Translations under genes and position numbers: made by a program
Notes under the pieces: model-generated
What the model saw: only the letters and a program-made list of their open reading frames with translations
Databases searched by the model: none
Told to the model about the DNA's origin: nothing
Source: an uncultured Bacteroidales bacterium
Lineage (GTDB): Bacteria > Bacteroidota > Bacteroidia > Bacteroidales > VadinHA17
NCBI GenBank assembly: GCA_963732365.1
Contig: CAVSZC010000005.1
Location: 1,761,748-1,825,747, forward strand
Reading direction: 5' to 3'
DNA length: 64,000 nt
Shown here: positions 45,616-56,758 of the stretch, piece after piece
Layout of the letters: each line of letters opens with the position of its first letter
Position numbering within the stretch: the stretch's first letter is position 1

Positions 45616-46751
45616 TTGTCGGTTGAGAGATCAATGGTCCATGTGCGACCCTGGCTGTCAATGCATACATAACCGTTTTTGTCGGCAGATGGGAGAGAGG
45701 CTTCATAACCTGACATGGTGATTATTATCTCGGGTGATTCTCCCTTAGCCTTGTAACCATACTCCAGGAGAATGGCAGCATCGTCTGCATAGTGGTTTTT
45801 CTCGGCTGCATAAGCCCTTTGGGCATAATAGAGCTTACGCAATTCCCATTTTATCTTCTCATCAGGATTCATTACAAACTCAGCAGGTTCGCCTGAACCG
45901 TCACCGGTGCTGAACTGGAGAAAACCCCACATCTCAGGGTAATGCACATTGATGAGACCCTGCGGAGACCATAACCAGTTAAACTCCGGCAGAGACTTGC
46001 CGGTGGCAGGGTCAGTCTCCTTGACGTACTTGCCCTTCACATGCTTTGTCTTCCAGTTCACTCTCGAGAAGTTTACCCTCCACTGCGTTCCGTCTGCAGG
46101 GACATCTCCCCATTCCTTAAGCACATCGAAGGGGAAGGCCAGCTCAATGGTCCATTTCTCATCGATGTCTGACGGATCATTTATTGTCCCGAAAATTTTG
46201 ACGGCAGACCTGAGCCCCTGGATGTCCCATGCATCAATCACCTTCCCGAAGTCGCGGTAGGGGGTGGTGAGCAGCAGATCCCAGACCGTGTTGTAGGCAT
46301 TCATTTCAAACTCATAATAGCCGTGCGTGTCGCCGTCCGGATCAATAAATACCTCAAAATCATTGTCATAATAAATGATCGTGTCACGCTGCCTCAGGGT
46401 GGCCCATATATGCGGTTCGACAAGCTCAGCAGCCACATACAGGTAGTTGTCATCCCAGAGCATCCTGATCCTTGTGTCGTGGAGCGGTTTCGGCTTCAGG
46501 TCACCTTCAATGTCTATGAAGGGGTTGCTCCAGGGTGCCTGCGACCATTCACTGTCAGTGATCTGTCCGTCAATAATTATCTCCGACGAGGTGCGGTAAC
46601 AGATGTAGTGCTCAGGTTTGAATGAGGTTGCAGGAACGGGTATTTTCCCCGGCAGGGGATAATGCCCTGTACTTTTCAGCGGCTTATCATGCCCGCATCC
46701 ACAAAGGAGCAGAGCTGCAAAAACCAATGCGATTATCTTTTTCATGATCAT
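45612..46751 (-). CDS. Carbohydrate-binding family 9-like (DOMON-like) lipoprotein
   Basis: The lipobox is ALLLCGCG. WSQAPWSNPFIDIEGDLKPKPLHDTRIRMLWDDNYLYVAAELVEPHIWA is typical of CBM9-like domains. Confidence 0.6.
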   Translation of the reverse strand: MIMKKIIALVFAALLLCGCGHDKPLKSTGHYPLPGKIPVPATSFKPEHYICYRTSSEIIIDGQITDSEWSQAPWSNPFIDIEGDLKPKPLHDTRIRMLWDDNYLYVAAELVEPHIWATLRQRDTIIYYDNDFEVFIDPDGDTHGYYEFEMNAYNTVWDLLLTTPYRDFGKVIDAWDIQGLRSAVKIFGTINDPSDIDEKWTIELAFPFDVLKEWGDVPADGTQWRVNFSRVNWKTKHVKGKYVKETDPATGKSLPEFNWLWSPQGLINVHYPEMWGFLQFSTGDGSGEPAEFVMNPDEKIKWELRKLYYAQRAYAAEKNHYADDAAILLEYGYKAKGESPEIIITMSGYEASLPSADKNGYVCIDSQGRTWTIDLSTDK

Positions 46752-46926
46752 CTGATTGAATTACCTCATTTGTTGTACCACTCTTAAACGGAGCCTCCGT
46801 GAAATGCTAAAATAGTAAAAATCCGGCTCATGGTTAAAATTATAATTAAGTGTATATTTGTGTCCGGAACTGATTGAGGCCTGACATTCAAACAGTTAAT
46901 AATCAGAGATTTTAATATAAAGAAAT

Positions 46927-48207
46927 ATGAATAGAGACAGTGTGATATTTGATTTGATCGATCGTGAACGTGAACGTCAGACTGATGGCATAGAACTTAT
47001 TGCCTCCGAGAACTTTGTCAGTCCGCAGGTACTTGAGGCGATGGGTTCGGTTCTTACGAACAAATATGCAGAGGGGTATCCGGGTTACAGGTACTATGGT
47101 GGTTGCGAGGTGGTTGATCAGGTGGAGCAGCTGGCCATTGACAGGCTTAAGCAGTTGTTCGATGCTGAATATGCCAACGTTCAGCCTCATTCGGGTGCGC
47201 AGGCAAATATGGCTGTGTTTCTGGCCGTACTGAAGCCGGGTGACACATTCATGGGACTCGATCTCTCTCATGGCGGGCACCTTTCACACGGGTCACCGGT
47301 AAACTCTTCTGGGATACTGTACAGGCCGGTTTCATATGTCGTCAGGCAGGAGACAGGGCGCGTAGACTATGATATGATGGAGGAGGTTGCATTGAGGGAG
47401 AAGCCGAAGCTTATAATAGCAGGTGCGTCAGCATATTCAAGGGAGTGGAATTATGGTCGGATGCGGGAGATTGCTGACAGGGTGGGGGCACTTCTGATGG
47501 TAGACATGGCCCATCCTGCAGGGCTCATTGCCGCAGGGTTGCTCGATAATCCGCTTAAATCAGCACACATAGTCACATCAACAACTCACAAGACCCTTCG
47601 GGGCCCCAGGGGCGGGATTATCCTTATGGGAAAAGACTTTATCAACCCATGGGGGCTGACAACACCCAAGGGAGAAGTGAAGATGATGTCGGCTGTCCTA
47701 AACTCAGCCGTCTTCCCGGGTATACAGGGAGGCCCTCTCGAACATGTTATCGCCGCCAAGGCAGTATCATTTGGTGAGGCCCTTACCCCTCAGTTCCGCA
47801 TCTACCAGCAGCAGGTAAAGAAAAACGCATCAGTCATGGCAGAAGCTTTTATGAACCTGGGGTACAAGGTAATATCAGACGGTACAGACAATCATTCGAT
47901 GCTCATTGACCTGAGAACAAAGTTCCCTGAGATATCAGGCAAAAAAGTTGAGAACACACTTGTCAGAGCCCATATCACCGTTAACAAGAACATGGTTCCT
48001 TTTGACTCACGTTCTCCTTTCCTCACATCGGGGATAAGGGTTGGAACACCCGCTATAACGACACGCGGACTGAGGGAAGGTGACATGAGCGTCATCGTGG
48101 GATTCATTGATGAGGTGATAAGCAACATTGAAAATGAGACGGTTATCGGATCAGTAGGCGAACGTGTCCGTAAGATGATGAAAGATCTCCCACTTTTTGC
48201 CGTTTAG
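46927..48207 (+). CDS. glyA: Serine hydroxymethyltransferase
   Basis: [25 protein letters not shown] and [14 protein letters not shown] (PLP lysine) identify GlyA. Confidence 0.95.
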   Translation: MNRDSVIFDLIDRERERQTDGIELIASENFVSPQVLEAMGSVLTNKYAEGYPGYRYYGGCEVVDQVEQLAIDRLKQLFDAEYANVQPHSGAQANMAVFLAVLKPGDTFMGLDLSHGGHLSHGSPVNSSGILYRPVSYVVRQETGRVDYDMMEEVALREKPKLIIAGASAYSREWNYGRMREIADRVGALLMVDMAHPAGLIAAGLLDNPLKSAHIVTSTTHKTLRGPRGGIILMGKDFINPWGLTTPKGEVKMMSAVLNSAVFPGIQGGPLEHVIAAKAVSFGEALTPQFRIYQQQVKKNASVMAEAFMNLGYKVISDGTDNHSMLIDLRTKFPEISGKKVENTLVRAHITVNKNMVPFDSRSPFLTSGIRVGTPAITTRGLREGDMSVIVGFIDEVISNIENETVIGSVGERVRKMMKDLPLFAV

Positions 48208-48231
48208 GCAGATAAATAACTCCGGCTACTG

Positions 48232-49005
48232 ATGGAATGGTACATGTATCTGGCAGTCATCGCTGCCGGACTCTTTGCAGGGTTTGTTAATACCCTTGCC
48301 GGCAGCGGCTCGCTTCTTACCCTGCCGCTGCTGATGTTTCTCGGTCTGCCGGCAAACATAGCCAACGGCACCAACAGAATAGGTGTCCTGGCTCAGAGTG
48401 CCATCGGGGCGTGGAGTTTCAGGAATCAGAAGATTTACAGCGTCAGAGAAAGTATGTGGATGGCCATTCCCGCAACGCTTGGCTCCCTGGCAGGCTCGCT
48501 GCTGGCCATCAGGATCAATGAAAGGATAATGGAACTGCTCATCGGCGGTCTGCTTATCTTCATGTTTTTCGTCATACTCTACAAGCCGGAGCAGTGGGTT
48601 CGTGAACACGCTTTGGGAATAAGCGCCCGCCGACGCGGATGGGTGATACTCATCTTCTTTTTCATTGGCATATACGGAGGGTTCATACAGGCCGGAGTGG
48701 GATTCTTTCTGCTTGCCGCCCTTGTCCTCGGGGCCGGGATGGGTCTCACGAAGGCAAACGCTGTGAAGGTGGCCATAGTGGCAATATTTACATTTGTGGC
48801 TCTGCTGGTCTTCATCCTGAGCGGACAGGTGAATTATTTTATCGGTCTGATTTTAGCTGCGGGGCAGGGTGTGGGTGCACTGATAGCATCAAAGTTTGCA
48901 GTCAGCTGGGGTCCTAAAGTTGTACGTATAGTTCTGCTGGTGGCCGTGATGGCATCAGCGCTTAAACTTACAGGGGCCTTTGACCTTCTTTTAGGCTGGT
49001 TCTGA
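48232..49005 (+). CDS. TauE/SafE (TSUP) family anion exporter
   Basis: This is a polytopic membrane protein with the repeated GSGS/GxGGG pattern (FVNTLAGSGSLLTLP, GIYGGFIQAGVGFF). Confidence 0.75.
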   Translation: MEWYMYLAVIAAGLFAGFVNTLAGSGSLLTLPLLMFLGLPANIANGTNRIGVLAQSAIGAWSFRNQKIYSVRESMWMAIPATLGSLAGSLLAIRINERIMELLIGGLLIFMFFVILYKPEQWVREHALGISARRRGWVILIFFFIGIYGGFIQAGVGFFLLAALVLGAGMGLTKANAVKVAIVAIFTFVALLVFILSGQVNYFIGLILAAGQGVGALIASKFAVSWGPKVVRIVLLVAVMASALKLTGAFDLLLGWF

Positions 49006-49019
49006 CCTGAAAAGGGTGG

Positions 49020-49913
49020 TTAATTAAGCTTGAAAACGTATGTGATAGTACCCTTTTGCAGCATGGGAGCATTATCGTTGCTTTCGAATGTTGCCTTCAT
49101 GGCTGCCTGACGGGCTTCCCTGATAAGATCCTCGTCAAGTGTGGTGGATCCTTTTACCCCTGCAACCGCATTTGTCACTTTGCCTGACCTGTCTACTGCT
49201 ATCTCGACAACCACTGTGCCTTCTTTCTGGTAGATGTAATTAGGCTTAGGGAGTGACCGGTAATTTCTGTCACCGAGTCTGAAGGAAACAGATCCATCCC
49301 CGATGCCTCCCCCCGGTCCATAATTAGGGGCACCAACTGTGCCGGTCTGAACACCCTGGTTTCCCTCTCCGCCGGCTACACCTTCACTTGTACCCGTTTC
49401 TCCGGCATTTCCAGCGTTACCAAATGCATTTTTGGCACGGTCATTAATCTGGTTCAGTCTTCGCTGTTCCTCTTCAATCCTGCGCTTTTCTGCATTTTCC
49501 TGTTCTATCCTGGCTCTCTCAGCCCTGGCTTCCTCAAGTCTTTTTCTTTCAGCCTCACGGGCCTCGGTTTCACGCTTCACTTGTTCCGGGTCAGGCTCCT
49601 TCTTCTTTACCTCAACAGACTCTTCAAAGTCCTGTGTCAGAATGGCATCATCCTCACCCTCTTCACCGGATGAGACAGGCGGAGGCACATACTGAGCCTG
49701 GGGTGCTGGTTCAAAGAGCCCGCTGCCGGTTTGATCATACCCGAAATTAACAAGTAGTCCCTCCTCAACCTCAACTGGCATTGAAGGCTTTATCTTGAAG
49801 GAAAATGAAAGGAGAAATATTGCAAGCATTAAGTGAACAATTGCACTTATCGCAATACCTTGTTTCTTTTCTTTCGAGAAGGAAACTTCGTTATTATTTT
49901 GGTGTTGTGGCAA
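49020..49913 (-). CDS. tonB: TonB-family energy transducer
   Basis: It has an N-terminal TM anchor and a charged E/R/K-rich linker. A C-terminal TonB-like domain follows (GTVVVEIAVDRSGKVTNAV). It sits directly after exbB and exbD. Confidence 0.75.
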   Translation of the reverse strand: MPQHQNNNEVSFSKEKKQGIAISAIVHLMLAIFLLSFSFKIKPSMPVEVEEGLLVNFGYDQTGSGLFEPAPQAQYVPPPVSSGEEGEDDAILTQDFEESVEVKKKEPDPEQVKRETEAREAERKRLEEARAERARIEQENAEKRRIEEEQRRLNQINDRAKNAFGNAGNAGETGTSEGVAGGEGNQGVQTGTVGAPNYGPGGGIGDGSVSFRLGDRNYRSLPKPNYIYQKEGTVVVEIAVDRSGKVTNAVAGVKGSTTLDEDLIREARQAAMKATFESNDNAPMLQKGTITYVFKLN

Positions 49914-50286
49914 GTATAAGTTTATATTGATTCTTTGCTGCTATATTCATTACGTTGACAACATACTCGATCGGGACACTTCTGTCAGCATGCACGGAAA
50001 TATATATTTCCGGATTTGCTCCAACCCTGGCCTGAAGAGCAGCCTCAAGGTTCTCAAGTGCAATTAACTGGTCTTCTATGTAATAGTTATGATCAGGAGT
50101 AATTGAGACAGTGGTCATCGGGCGTGCATTAGACTGGGTAGTCCCTTTAGGTAATAACAGCTTAAGAGCTGTGGGATGCACCAGCGTCGAAGTGAGCATA
50201 AAAAAGAGCAGAAGTAAAAAGACAATATCCGACATCCCGGCCGAACTGAAGCTTATACCTACCTTATTTCTACTTGTAATGGCCAT
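49894..50286 (-). CDS. exbD: ExbD/TolR biopolymer transport protein
   Basis: MSDIVFLLLLFFMLTS is the TM segment, the size is right, and it lies between exbB and tonB. Confidence 0.8.
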   Translation of the reverse strand: MAITSRNKVGISFSSAGMSDIVFLLLLFFMLTSTLVHPTALKLLLPKGTTQSNARPMTTVSITPDHNYYIEDQLIALENLEAALQARVGANPEIYISVHADRSVPIEYVVNVMNIAAKNQYKLILATTPK

Positions 50287-50292
50287 GAGGTG

Positions 50293-50973
50293 TTATTTAA
50301 CTGGTTCGTTGAGAATATCCATAAATTCTTCAGTAGTAGCCTGCAGTCTGAATACTACATGTTCAACCCTTACTACCAGAGCATTATATGCAAAGTAACT
50401 GAGGATGCTGACAATCAGACCCCACACTGTCGTAAGAAGAGCAACATAAATACCGCCGCTCAGTGTGCTTATATCCAGACTATTACCTGCCTGTGACATC
50501 TCATAGAATGCCTGTACCATGCCGATGACAGTTCCGAAGAAGCCGAGAAGCGGAGCAGCACCGGCTATTGTCGCCAGCGTCGGGAAGGATTTTTCAAGCT
50601 TATAAATCTCCATCTTCCCGACGTTTTCGATGGCTGCTGTAACGTCAGTCAGCGGTCTTCCCAGACGGCTGATACCTTTTTCAATCATCCGGGCATGAGG
50701 CGTGTTGGAAGAACGGCAGAGCTGCTTGGCAGCATCAACTTTCCCTTCATACATATAATCTTTGATGCGGTTCATGAAGGTATTGTCATTCTTCGTAGCT
50801 TTTCGGATAACAAGATACCTTTCAATAAAAATATATATGGCAGCCAGCGAAAGAATGGAAATAATGTGCATGACCCAGCCTCCTGCGAGATAAAGATCAG
50901 CAAGTGACATGGTAGCTTCCTCGACGGCGGGAGCGGCTGCGGTACCCTGTAATAAGATGTTTGATAGTATCAT
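50293..50973 (-). CDS. exbB: MotA/TolQ/ExbB proton channel protein
   Basis: LATIAGAAPLLGFFGTVIGMVQAF and GIYVALLTTVWGLIV are conserved ExbB helices. Confidence 0.85.
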   Translation of the reverse strand: MILSNILLQGTAAAPAVEEATMSLADLYLAGGWVMHIISILSLAAIYIFIERYLVIRKATKNDNTFMNRIKDYMYEGKVDAAKQLCRSSNTPHARMIEKGISRLGRPLTDVTAAIENVGKMEIYKLEKSFPTLATIAGAAPLLGFFGTVIGMVQAFYEMSQAGNSLDISTLSGGIYVALLTTVWGLIVSILSYFAYNALVVRVEHVVFRLQATTEEFMDILNEPVK

Positions 50974-51100
50974 TTTAATGTGTTTAATTGTTAACTGTTT
51001 GACTTACTATTTTATATCATCGCGCGAATATATGAAAAAAACGGCCAAACGATCCCTGAATTATGTGAACGGTGGAAAAAATGGGCCTCTTGTTGAAAGA

Positions 51101-54100
51101 TTACTGATCCTTAGGCTCTCCTTCAGCCGGAGCCACTTTTTTCTTCCTGTTGTCAGGGAGGATGAAGAGGTCTTCGAACTTGTCGAAATCACGCCTTAAG
51201 AAGATGCCAATGCCCTGCGTGTACGGGGCAGTCTCATAAAAGATGTCATTGTTGGCCCTGTTGAACAACTTGAAACGCAGTTTCTCTGTGATCTTATATT
51301 CGATGTTGAAGTCGCCGCTGATAGTGCTGGCATTGGCATTTGACTCTTTACCGCTTACATCAAAGTTGCCGTTGACGATGACCTTATCATTGAGCAACTG
51401 TGTTGACAGGGCCACCTCAACCTCCTGGGGTGTAATATCATTGCCTGGCCGGTAATTCAATCCAATATCGAAGTCATTGCTGATCTGTGACAGCCAGTTA
51501 CTTACCTGGTTGGTGAGCATTTCGGTGGTAGTTACCCCCAATGCCGCGGCACCCTGGGTCGATGACTGGGTTGAAGCACTGTAGAGAGCCGGGTCAGGAT
51601 AGAAACTGTTCATTACCAGCAGGTAAAGAAACTGCCGGCTGAGCTCTTCCTCGGTGTTGATGGCCATGTTAAGATATTGCCTGACATCATCATTGGCCGT
51701 AGGAAGATCAATATTGAATCCGATTACCGGATTCATAAGTTTCTCAGTCAGGATCAGCTGACATTCGACCGGAATCCTTTCTCTGAATTCTTCCTCGGGG
51801 TAGATGTCATACAATGAGGCTTTCAGCCGGTAAACAGCCCTTATATTCAGCTCGGCATCCTCAATTCCCCCGTTCCATGTAATTGTGCCACCCTCCTCAA
51901 TTGAGAACCGCTTGTTGAGTATATTGCCCAGGGTGAACAGATAGTCACCGTCTTCAATGACATAATTACCTGCCATCTTAACATCCCCCTTCCTGTCCAT
52001 GGTTATATTGAGCTTTCCCTCTCCGGTGCCCCGGATTACATCCCCTGCCTTGGGGTCTATCAGTATCTGCACCTCTGCTTCCGGGGTAACCTCCAGGTCA
52101 AAATAGAGCTCAATGTTGCTCCCCTCCGGCTCCTTGATGAAAATGTTCTCTCTTGCTTCGGCATTCTCCTCCTCCTTCTTTGTATCGATCATTATGATGT
52201 AAGGGTATTCGCTTACGACCTCGCTTGAGCTCAGGGGAACAAAGAATGAAGTATTGTCTTCGGTGCGTCCTGACATAATGATAGTAATCTTGTCAGGGGC
52301 CCCTTTTATGCTGGCATAGCCTGTGGCATAAGCTGTTCCGTAGAAGGTGTCATTGTCTTTTGGCCTGGTGTTCAGTACAAGCATCTTTTCGGCTCTTATG
52401 TCGAAGTTGATGCCAAGATTTTTAAATGAATCATATGTCAGGCTGCCGTTTATCGTACCATGATTCATTTTCTCGTCATTAATCCTGATGTTTCGGAAGT
52501 CAATACCTTTCCGGGTAAATCTTATGCTGTCCGAAAAACTGTACCTTGTCTGAAGAAAATCAACTTTCAGGGAAGCCTCCTCGGCCATCACCGATCCTTC
52601 GAGTATGAGCTGCTTCAGCTTTCCGTACAACCTGGCTTTGCCTGAGCCAACGCCCCTGACATCTGAGGCAAAAGAGCTGACCAGAGGATTAATCACGTTG
52701 AGAGGCATCCGGAAAGTCTGAGCTGTAATATCTGCAGTCTGTGATGAAGGATTATAGATTCCGCTGATATCAAAAAACTTTGAGCCCTGAAAATCGTTTT
52801 TAATATTGATGACGGCAACTTTACGCTGTGGGTTCCATTCACTCAATACCGTCACCGTACCATACAGGTTGTTGTTGAGCGTAAAATCGCTTACATTGAT
52901 GTCACTCTCAAACAGGACCTTGTCAAAAGCATCAGATACAGCAATACTGCCTTTCAACCGACCTCCGAAGGTCATTCCGGGTGATCCGGAGTCCTTTTTC
53001 CCGGAGGGGTTCTTTCTGTTGTTCAGGAAATCGAGGTTCAGTCCCTCAAAACTTAACTCCAGCCTGTCTTGCGGTGATGAAGACAAGCGGCCATCAAGCC
53101 TGATGAAGTTGTTTTCACTGTTCACCAGCAGGTTTCTGAATGTTGTTGCCGCAGAGTCAATAACTATCTGTGCCGGACTGATTTTCCACGGTGAATTGTC
53201 AACAGTAAAAGATGAGGGCAGAACTTCTATCGTCATGTATGGTCTCCGCAGTTCGTTGAGGCCGTAGAACCCTGTCGCCCTGATCTCACCGAGTGTCCGG
53301 CCTCCGTCATTGTTATTCCATCGCATTCCCAGATCAACCGTATCAGGCCGGCTGGTGGCGTTTAGGCTGAAGTTGACAAGCTTGGACCTTTCGGGAAGAA
53401 AGAGTGTATCGGCGAGCAGCGAGATACTCATTCTGCCGTTGCTGACAGAACTCATCACCGACATTTTCTTCAACCTGTTACCGAATGCTTCAACTGCATC
53501 GGACCGGATATCAGCCTTGAATTCGGAACTGGAATCCCTGAAGTAACCGCTCAGGGTGCTGCCGCTGGCGATGCTTACACCTGAGCCGAAAAAATCATTG
53601 AGCTTATCGATATTCTTTATCCTGGCGTTGAAGGAGAACTGGTTCAACATCTTTTCGTCTGCCGGCGTTGCAGCAGGCACGGCAAATTTTGAAGGAAAAA
53701 GCCCGGCAAGAATTGTCTTTGCCGCGAAGCCCAGTGCCGCAAATGTATGTTCACCGCGTATCTCAGCGTCTGCAAAATCAGATCTGAGCGACAGTAGTGG
53801 CGTACCCTCATCCTTTTCGGAACGGATAAGAAAGTCGTATATTGAGATCTTCCCGTTCGAGTTCTCAAGTGTTGAATTAATAAGCCTGAGATCGCCATCA
53901 AGATTATCAATGTTATTGCCTTTGAAGGTTGCGGTTAGGAGTGCCGACGCCCGGAAGAGGGTATCCTTCCCGACCAGGTTGAGTCTGTGCAGCTCGGCGT
54001 TTGCCAGGTTCATTGTGAAGTCGAACTCCGGCAGTGTCTGTCCCAGGTCAAATCTTCCCAGGATATCCATCCTGATATTCTGGTCCCTCACAGCAATATT

Positions 54101-55585
54101 CCCATCCCAGACACGGTCAGAGTATTTACCTTCAACAGCAACGTTGCGGTACAGATAATCATTTATCTCTACGCTGTCAATAACACCGTTAATGTTAGCC
54201 GACAGGTGCTTGAACGATTGCATTGACCCGTCAATATTGGCATGCAGCCAAAGGCCTCCGAATAATTCATTATTTCTTGTGACATAAGCCAGATCAACAT
54301 CACTGGCGTTGAGGAGGCCATTGAACCTGAAGAGATTCTTCCCGTCAGGTCTCAGGGAAAGGTCGGTGGATACACTTCCCCTTTCTGTTGTAAGAGTACC
54401 GAATGCCACAAAATCGGTTGTGAATCCTGTGAAACTGCCGGTGAATGATATAATGCCCAGATCATGTGCTATAACAGGCAGCCTGACTGGCCTGTTTCCA
54501 GGCAGAATGATCCTTTCGATGTCATCTGCCCTGGTGCTCAGGCTCGTGAAGTCGATATACAGATAGCTCTCATTTATCGCCGGCAGGCCGGAGACATCAA
54601 AATCAAATTCGAGCCTTGTTGAGGTTGCATATTCAATGGTAATATCCCGTCCTTTCATCTCTGCAACAGGACCGCTGACCATTCCTGATATGATGACATC
54701 CTGGCTTAAACCTGCAACCGGTTTCACAAAGTATGCGAGATCGTGTATGTTGAGAAGGGATTCTTTCAATATTATATCAAGCCTTACCTTATTCAGAAAA
54801 TCGGAATATCCTGCACTGTCAGTCTTGAGGATCAGGACCCTGTCAGCCAGTATGCTGCTGGAGTCTGTCCTGAGGTCTATATCCCTGAAGAACAGTCCAT
54901 TATCTCTTACTGACAGTGTCATGTTAAGTTTCTCACCCGTGAATCCTCCGGACTCCCTGAATGACACTTGTTTGATGGTCATACTGACCGAATCTGAGTT
55001 GATGGTCAGATCATGCACTTGTCCATTGATGGAGCTGATCCTCATGTCTCTGACATTGACGCGGCCCGGCTGAACACCGACGGTGTCAAGTGCATTTGAA
55101 AGTGAATAAGCTCCGTTAAACATCTCAATCTCCGCGAAGTTGATATTCAGGGACTTTGTAGTATCCCTCTCCCCGTCACTCTTCAGCTTGCTTATATACC
55201 ATGAAAGATTCATAATGCCTGCTGAGTCGGCAGCCATCCTGAAGTCAGGCTCATAAATTTCGACACGCCCGAAAATGAATGTTCTGTCTGATGGCCTGAA
55301 CTCCTTTATTCTCAGGGAAACATGGCGCGCATGGAGGAGCGTGTCGCGGTTAATGTCTTCAATCAGGACGTCGTAGAGTACAATTTTCCGGAAGAAAGTG
55401 TATGATACCTTTCCAACGGAGATATTGGTCCCGAGTTTCTGAGAAACGTTATCGGTCAGCCATGATACTACATATGTCTGAAACTTGGGTGCACGGAAAA
55501 GAATGAATGAGAGCGATGCAATGATAAATAACAACGCAATCAGAACAATAAGGTATCTGACAATTTTTTTAATAATTTTGGCCAT
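51101..55585 (-). CDS. tamB: Translocation and assembly module protein TamB (AsmA-like, DUF490 C-terminus)
   Basis: It is 1494 aa long with one N-terminal TM anchor, a long beta-rich body and a conserved C-terminal region (LSTQLLNDKVIVNGNFD...FNIEYKITEKLRFKLFNR). It is divergent from tsaD, as is common in Bacteroidota. Confidence 0.8.
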   Translation of the reverse strand: MAKIIKKIVRYLIVLIALLFIIASLSFILFRAPKFQTYVVSWLTDNVSQKLGTNISVGKVSYTFFRKIVLYDVLIEDINRDTLLHARHVSLRIKEFRPSDRTFIFGRVEIYEPDFRMAADSAGIMNLSWYISKLKSDGERDTTKSLNINFAEIEMFNGAYSLSNALDTVGVQPGRVNVRDMRISSINGQVHDLTINSDSVSMTIKQVSFRESGGFTGEKLNMTLSVRDNGLFFRDIDLRTDSSSILADRVLILKTDSAGYSDFLNKVRLDIILKESLLNIHDLAYFVKPVAGLSQDVIISGMVSGPVAEMKGRDITIEYATSTRLEFDFDVSGLPAINESYLYIDFTSLSTRADDIERIILPGNRPVRLPVIAHDLGIISFTGSFTGFTTDFVAFGTLTTERGSVSTDLSLRPDGKNLFRFNGLLNASDVDLAYVTRNNELFGGLWLHANIDGSMQSFKHLSANINGVIDSVEINDYLYRNVAVEGKYSDRVWDGNIAVRDQNIRMDILGRFDLGQTLPEFDFTMNLANAELHRLNLVGKDTLFRASALLTATFKGNNIDNLDGDLRLINSTLENSNGKISIYDFLIRSEKDEGTPLLSLRSDFADAEIRGEHTFAALGFAAKTILAGLFPSKFAVPAATPADEKMLNQFSFNARIKNIDKLNDFFGSGVSIASGSTLSGYFRDSSSEFKADIRSDAVEAFGNRLKKMSVMSSVSNGRMSISLLADTLFLPERSKLVNFSLNATSRPDTVDLGMRWNNNDGGRTLGEIRATGFYGLNELRRPYMTIEVLPSSFTVDNSPWKISPAQIVIDSAATTFRNLLVNSENNFIRLDGRLSSSPQDRLELSFEGLNLDFLNNRKNPSGKKDSGSPGMTFGGRLKGSIAVSDAFDKVLFESDINVSDFTLNNNLYGTVTVLSEWNPQRKVAVINIKNDFQGSKFFDISGIYNPSSQTADITAQTFRMPLNVINPLVSSFASDVRGVGSGKARLYGKLKQLILEGSVMAEEASLKVDFLQTRYSFSDSIRFTRKGIDFRNIRINDEKMNHGTINGSLTYDSFKNLGINFDIRAEKMLVLNTRPKDNDTFYGTAYATGYASIKGAPDKITIIMSGRTEDNTSFFVPLSSSEVVSEYPYIIMIDTKKEEENAEARENIFIKEPEGSNIELYFDLEVTPEAEVQILIDPKAGDVIRGTGEGKLNITMDRKGDVKMAGNYVIEDGDYLFTLGNILNKRFSIEEGGTITWNGGIEDAELNIRAVYRLKASLYDIYPEEEFRERIPVECQLILTEKLMNPVIGFNIDLPTANDDVRQYLNMAINTEEELSRQFLYLLVMNSFYPDPALYSASTQSSTQGAAALGVTTTEMLTNQVSNWLSQISNDFDIGLNYRPGNDITPQEVEVALSTQLLNDKVIVNGNFDVSGKESNANASTISGDFNIEYKITEKLRFKLFNRANNDIFYETAPYTQGIGIFLRRDFDKFEDLFILPDNRKKKVAPAEGEPKDQ

Positions 55586-55633
55586 TCAAATCTGCAATCC
55601 TGCTGCAGGCGAAGTTAATAAAAAAACAACGAA

Positions 55634-56686
55634 TTGAAGGTGACCTCAGCCATTACCATACTTGCGATAGAATCATCCTGTGACGACACCTCTGCTGCTG
55701 TCATAGAGGACGGCTATGTTCTCTCGAACCTGATTGCCAATCAGGAAGTGCATAAGGCTTTTGGCGGAGTTGTACCGGAGCTTGCATCAAGGGCTCATCA
55801 GGCTAACATTATCCCAGTTGTTGACCAGGCGCTCTCCAGGGCAGGAAAGGTTCCGGAAGATATCAGTGCTGTGGCTTTCACCCGCGGACCCGGGCTGCTC
55901 GGGTCACTGCTTGTGGGTACTTCATTCGCAAAGGGATTCGCCCTGTCGCGCAACATACCGATTATCGAGGTCAACCATCTGCAGGCACACGTACTGGCAC
56001 ACTTTGCCATGGAGCACGGACGGGATAACCGCATTCCGGACTTTCCTTTTCTCTGTCTGCTTGTTTCCGGCGGCCACACTCAGCTGATACTTATGCATGA
56101 CCACTCTTCCATGGAGCTCCTTGGCAACACCATAGATGATGCAGCAGGAGAGGCCTTCGACAAATGCGCCAAGGTGATGGGTCTGCCATACCCCGGAGGA
56201 CCGGTGATAGACAGGCTTGCCGCGGGGGGGAACCCTCATGCCTTTATCTTTGCGAAACCGAGGATACAGGGACTGAACTTCAGTTTCTCAGGACTGAAGA
56301 CAAGCTTCCTGTATTTTCTGCGTGACAGATTAAAGGAAGACGATGAATTCATTGAAAAAAATATCAATGACCTTGCTGCGTCATTGCAGCATACTATAGT
56401 TGATATACTTATCGCTAAGCTTGTCAGGGCATCAAAAGAGACAGGTTTTTCCGAGATAGGAATAGCCGGAGGTGTCTCTGCCAACTCGGGGCTGAGAAAT
56501 GCAGCGGTGAGGGAGGCAGAAAGGCGGAGATGGAACCTGTTCCTTCCTGAGTTCAGGTATACGACAGACAATGCGGCAATGATAGGCATTGCAGGTTATT
56601 ATAAGTACCTCAGGTCTGATTTTTCAGACCACAGCGTAACACCAATGGCAAGGATGGCTGTTGAGGCAAACCGGAGCGGATCATGA
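55634..56686 (+). CDS. tsaD: tRNA N6-adenosine threonylcarbamoyltransferase
   Basis: ILAIESSCDDTSAAV, NHLQAHVLA, LVSGGHTQL and GIAGGVSAN identify TsaD. The start is non-ATG (TTG at 55634 or GTG at 55640). Confidence 0.92.
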   Translation: MKVTSAITILAIESSCDDTSAAVIEDGYVLSNLIANQEVHKAFGGVVPELASRAHQANIIPVVDQALSRAGKVPEDISAVAFTRGPGLLGSLLVGTSFAKGFALSRNIPIIEVNHLQAHVLAHFAMEHGRDNRIPDFPFLCLLVSGGHTQLILMHDHSSMELLGNTIDDAAGEAFDKCAKVMGLPYPGGPVIDRLAAGGNPHAFIFAKPRIQGLNFSFSGLKTSFLYFLRDRLKEDDEFIEKNINDLAASLQHTIVDILIAKLVRASKETGFSEIGIAGGVSANSGLRNAAVREAERRRWNLFLPEFRYTTDNAAMIGIAGYYKYLRSDFSDHSVTPMARMAVEANRSGS

Positions 56687-56758
56687 AACATTCAGTACCC
56701 GGTTCCCGGTAATGAAACATCAAGCAAAAAAAAGTTAGTTTTACCAAAATTTCTATTA

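Noticed and set aside
46752-46926. Possible ZTP/THF/glycine riboswitch in the 175-bp leader of glyA
   Set aside because: I found no recognisable conserved cores, such as the GGGUCGUGAC...CCGCCUGGGC of ZTP. The leader is AT-rich promoter-like sequence.
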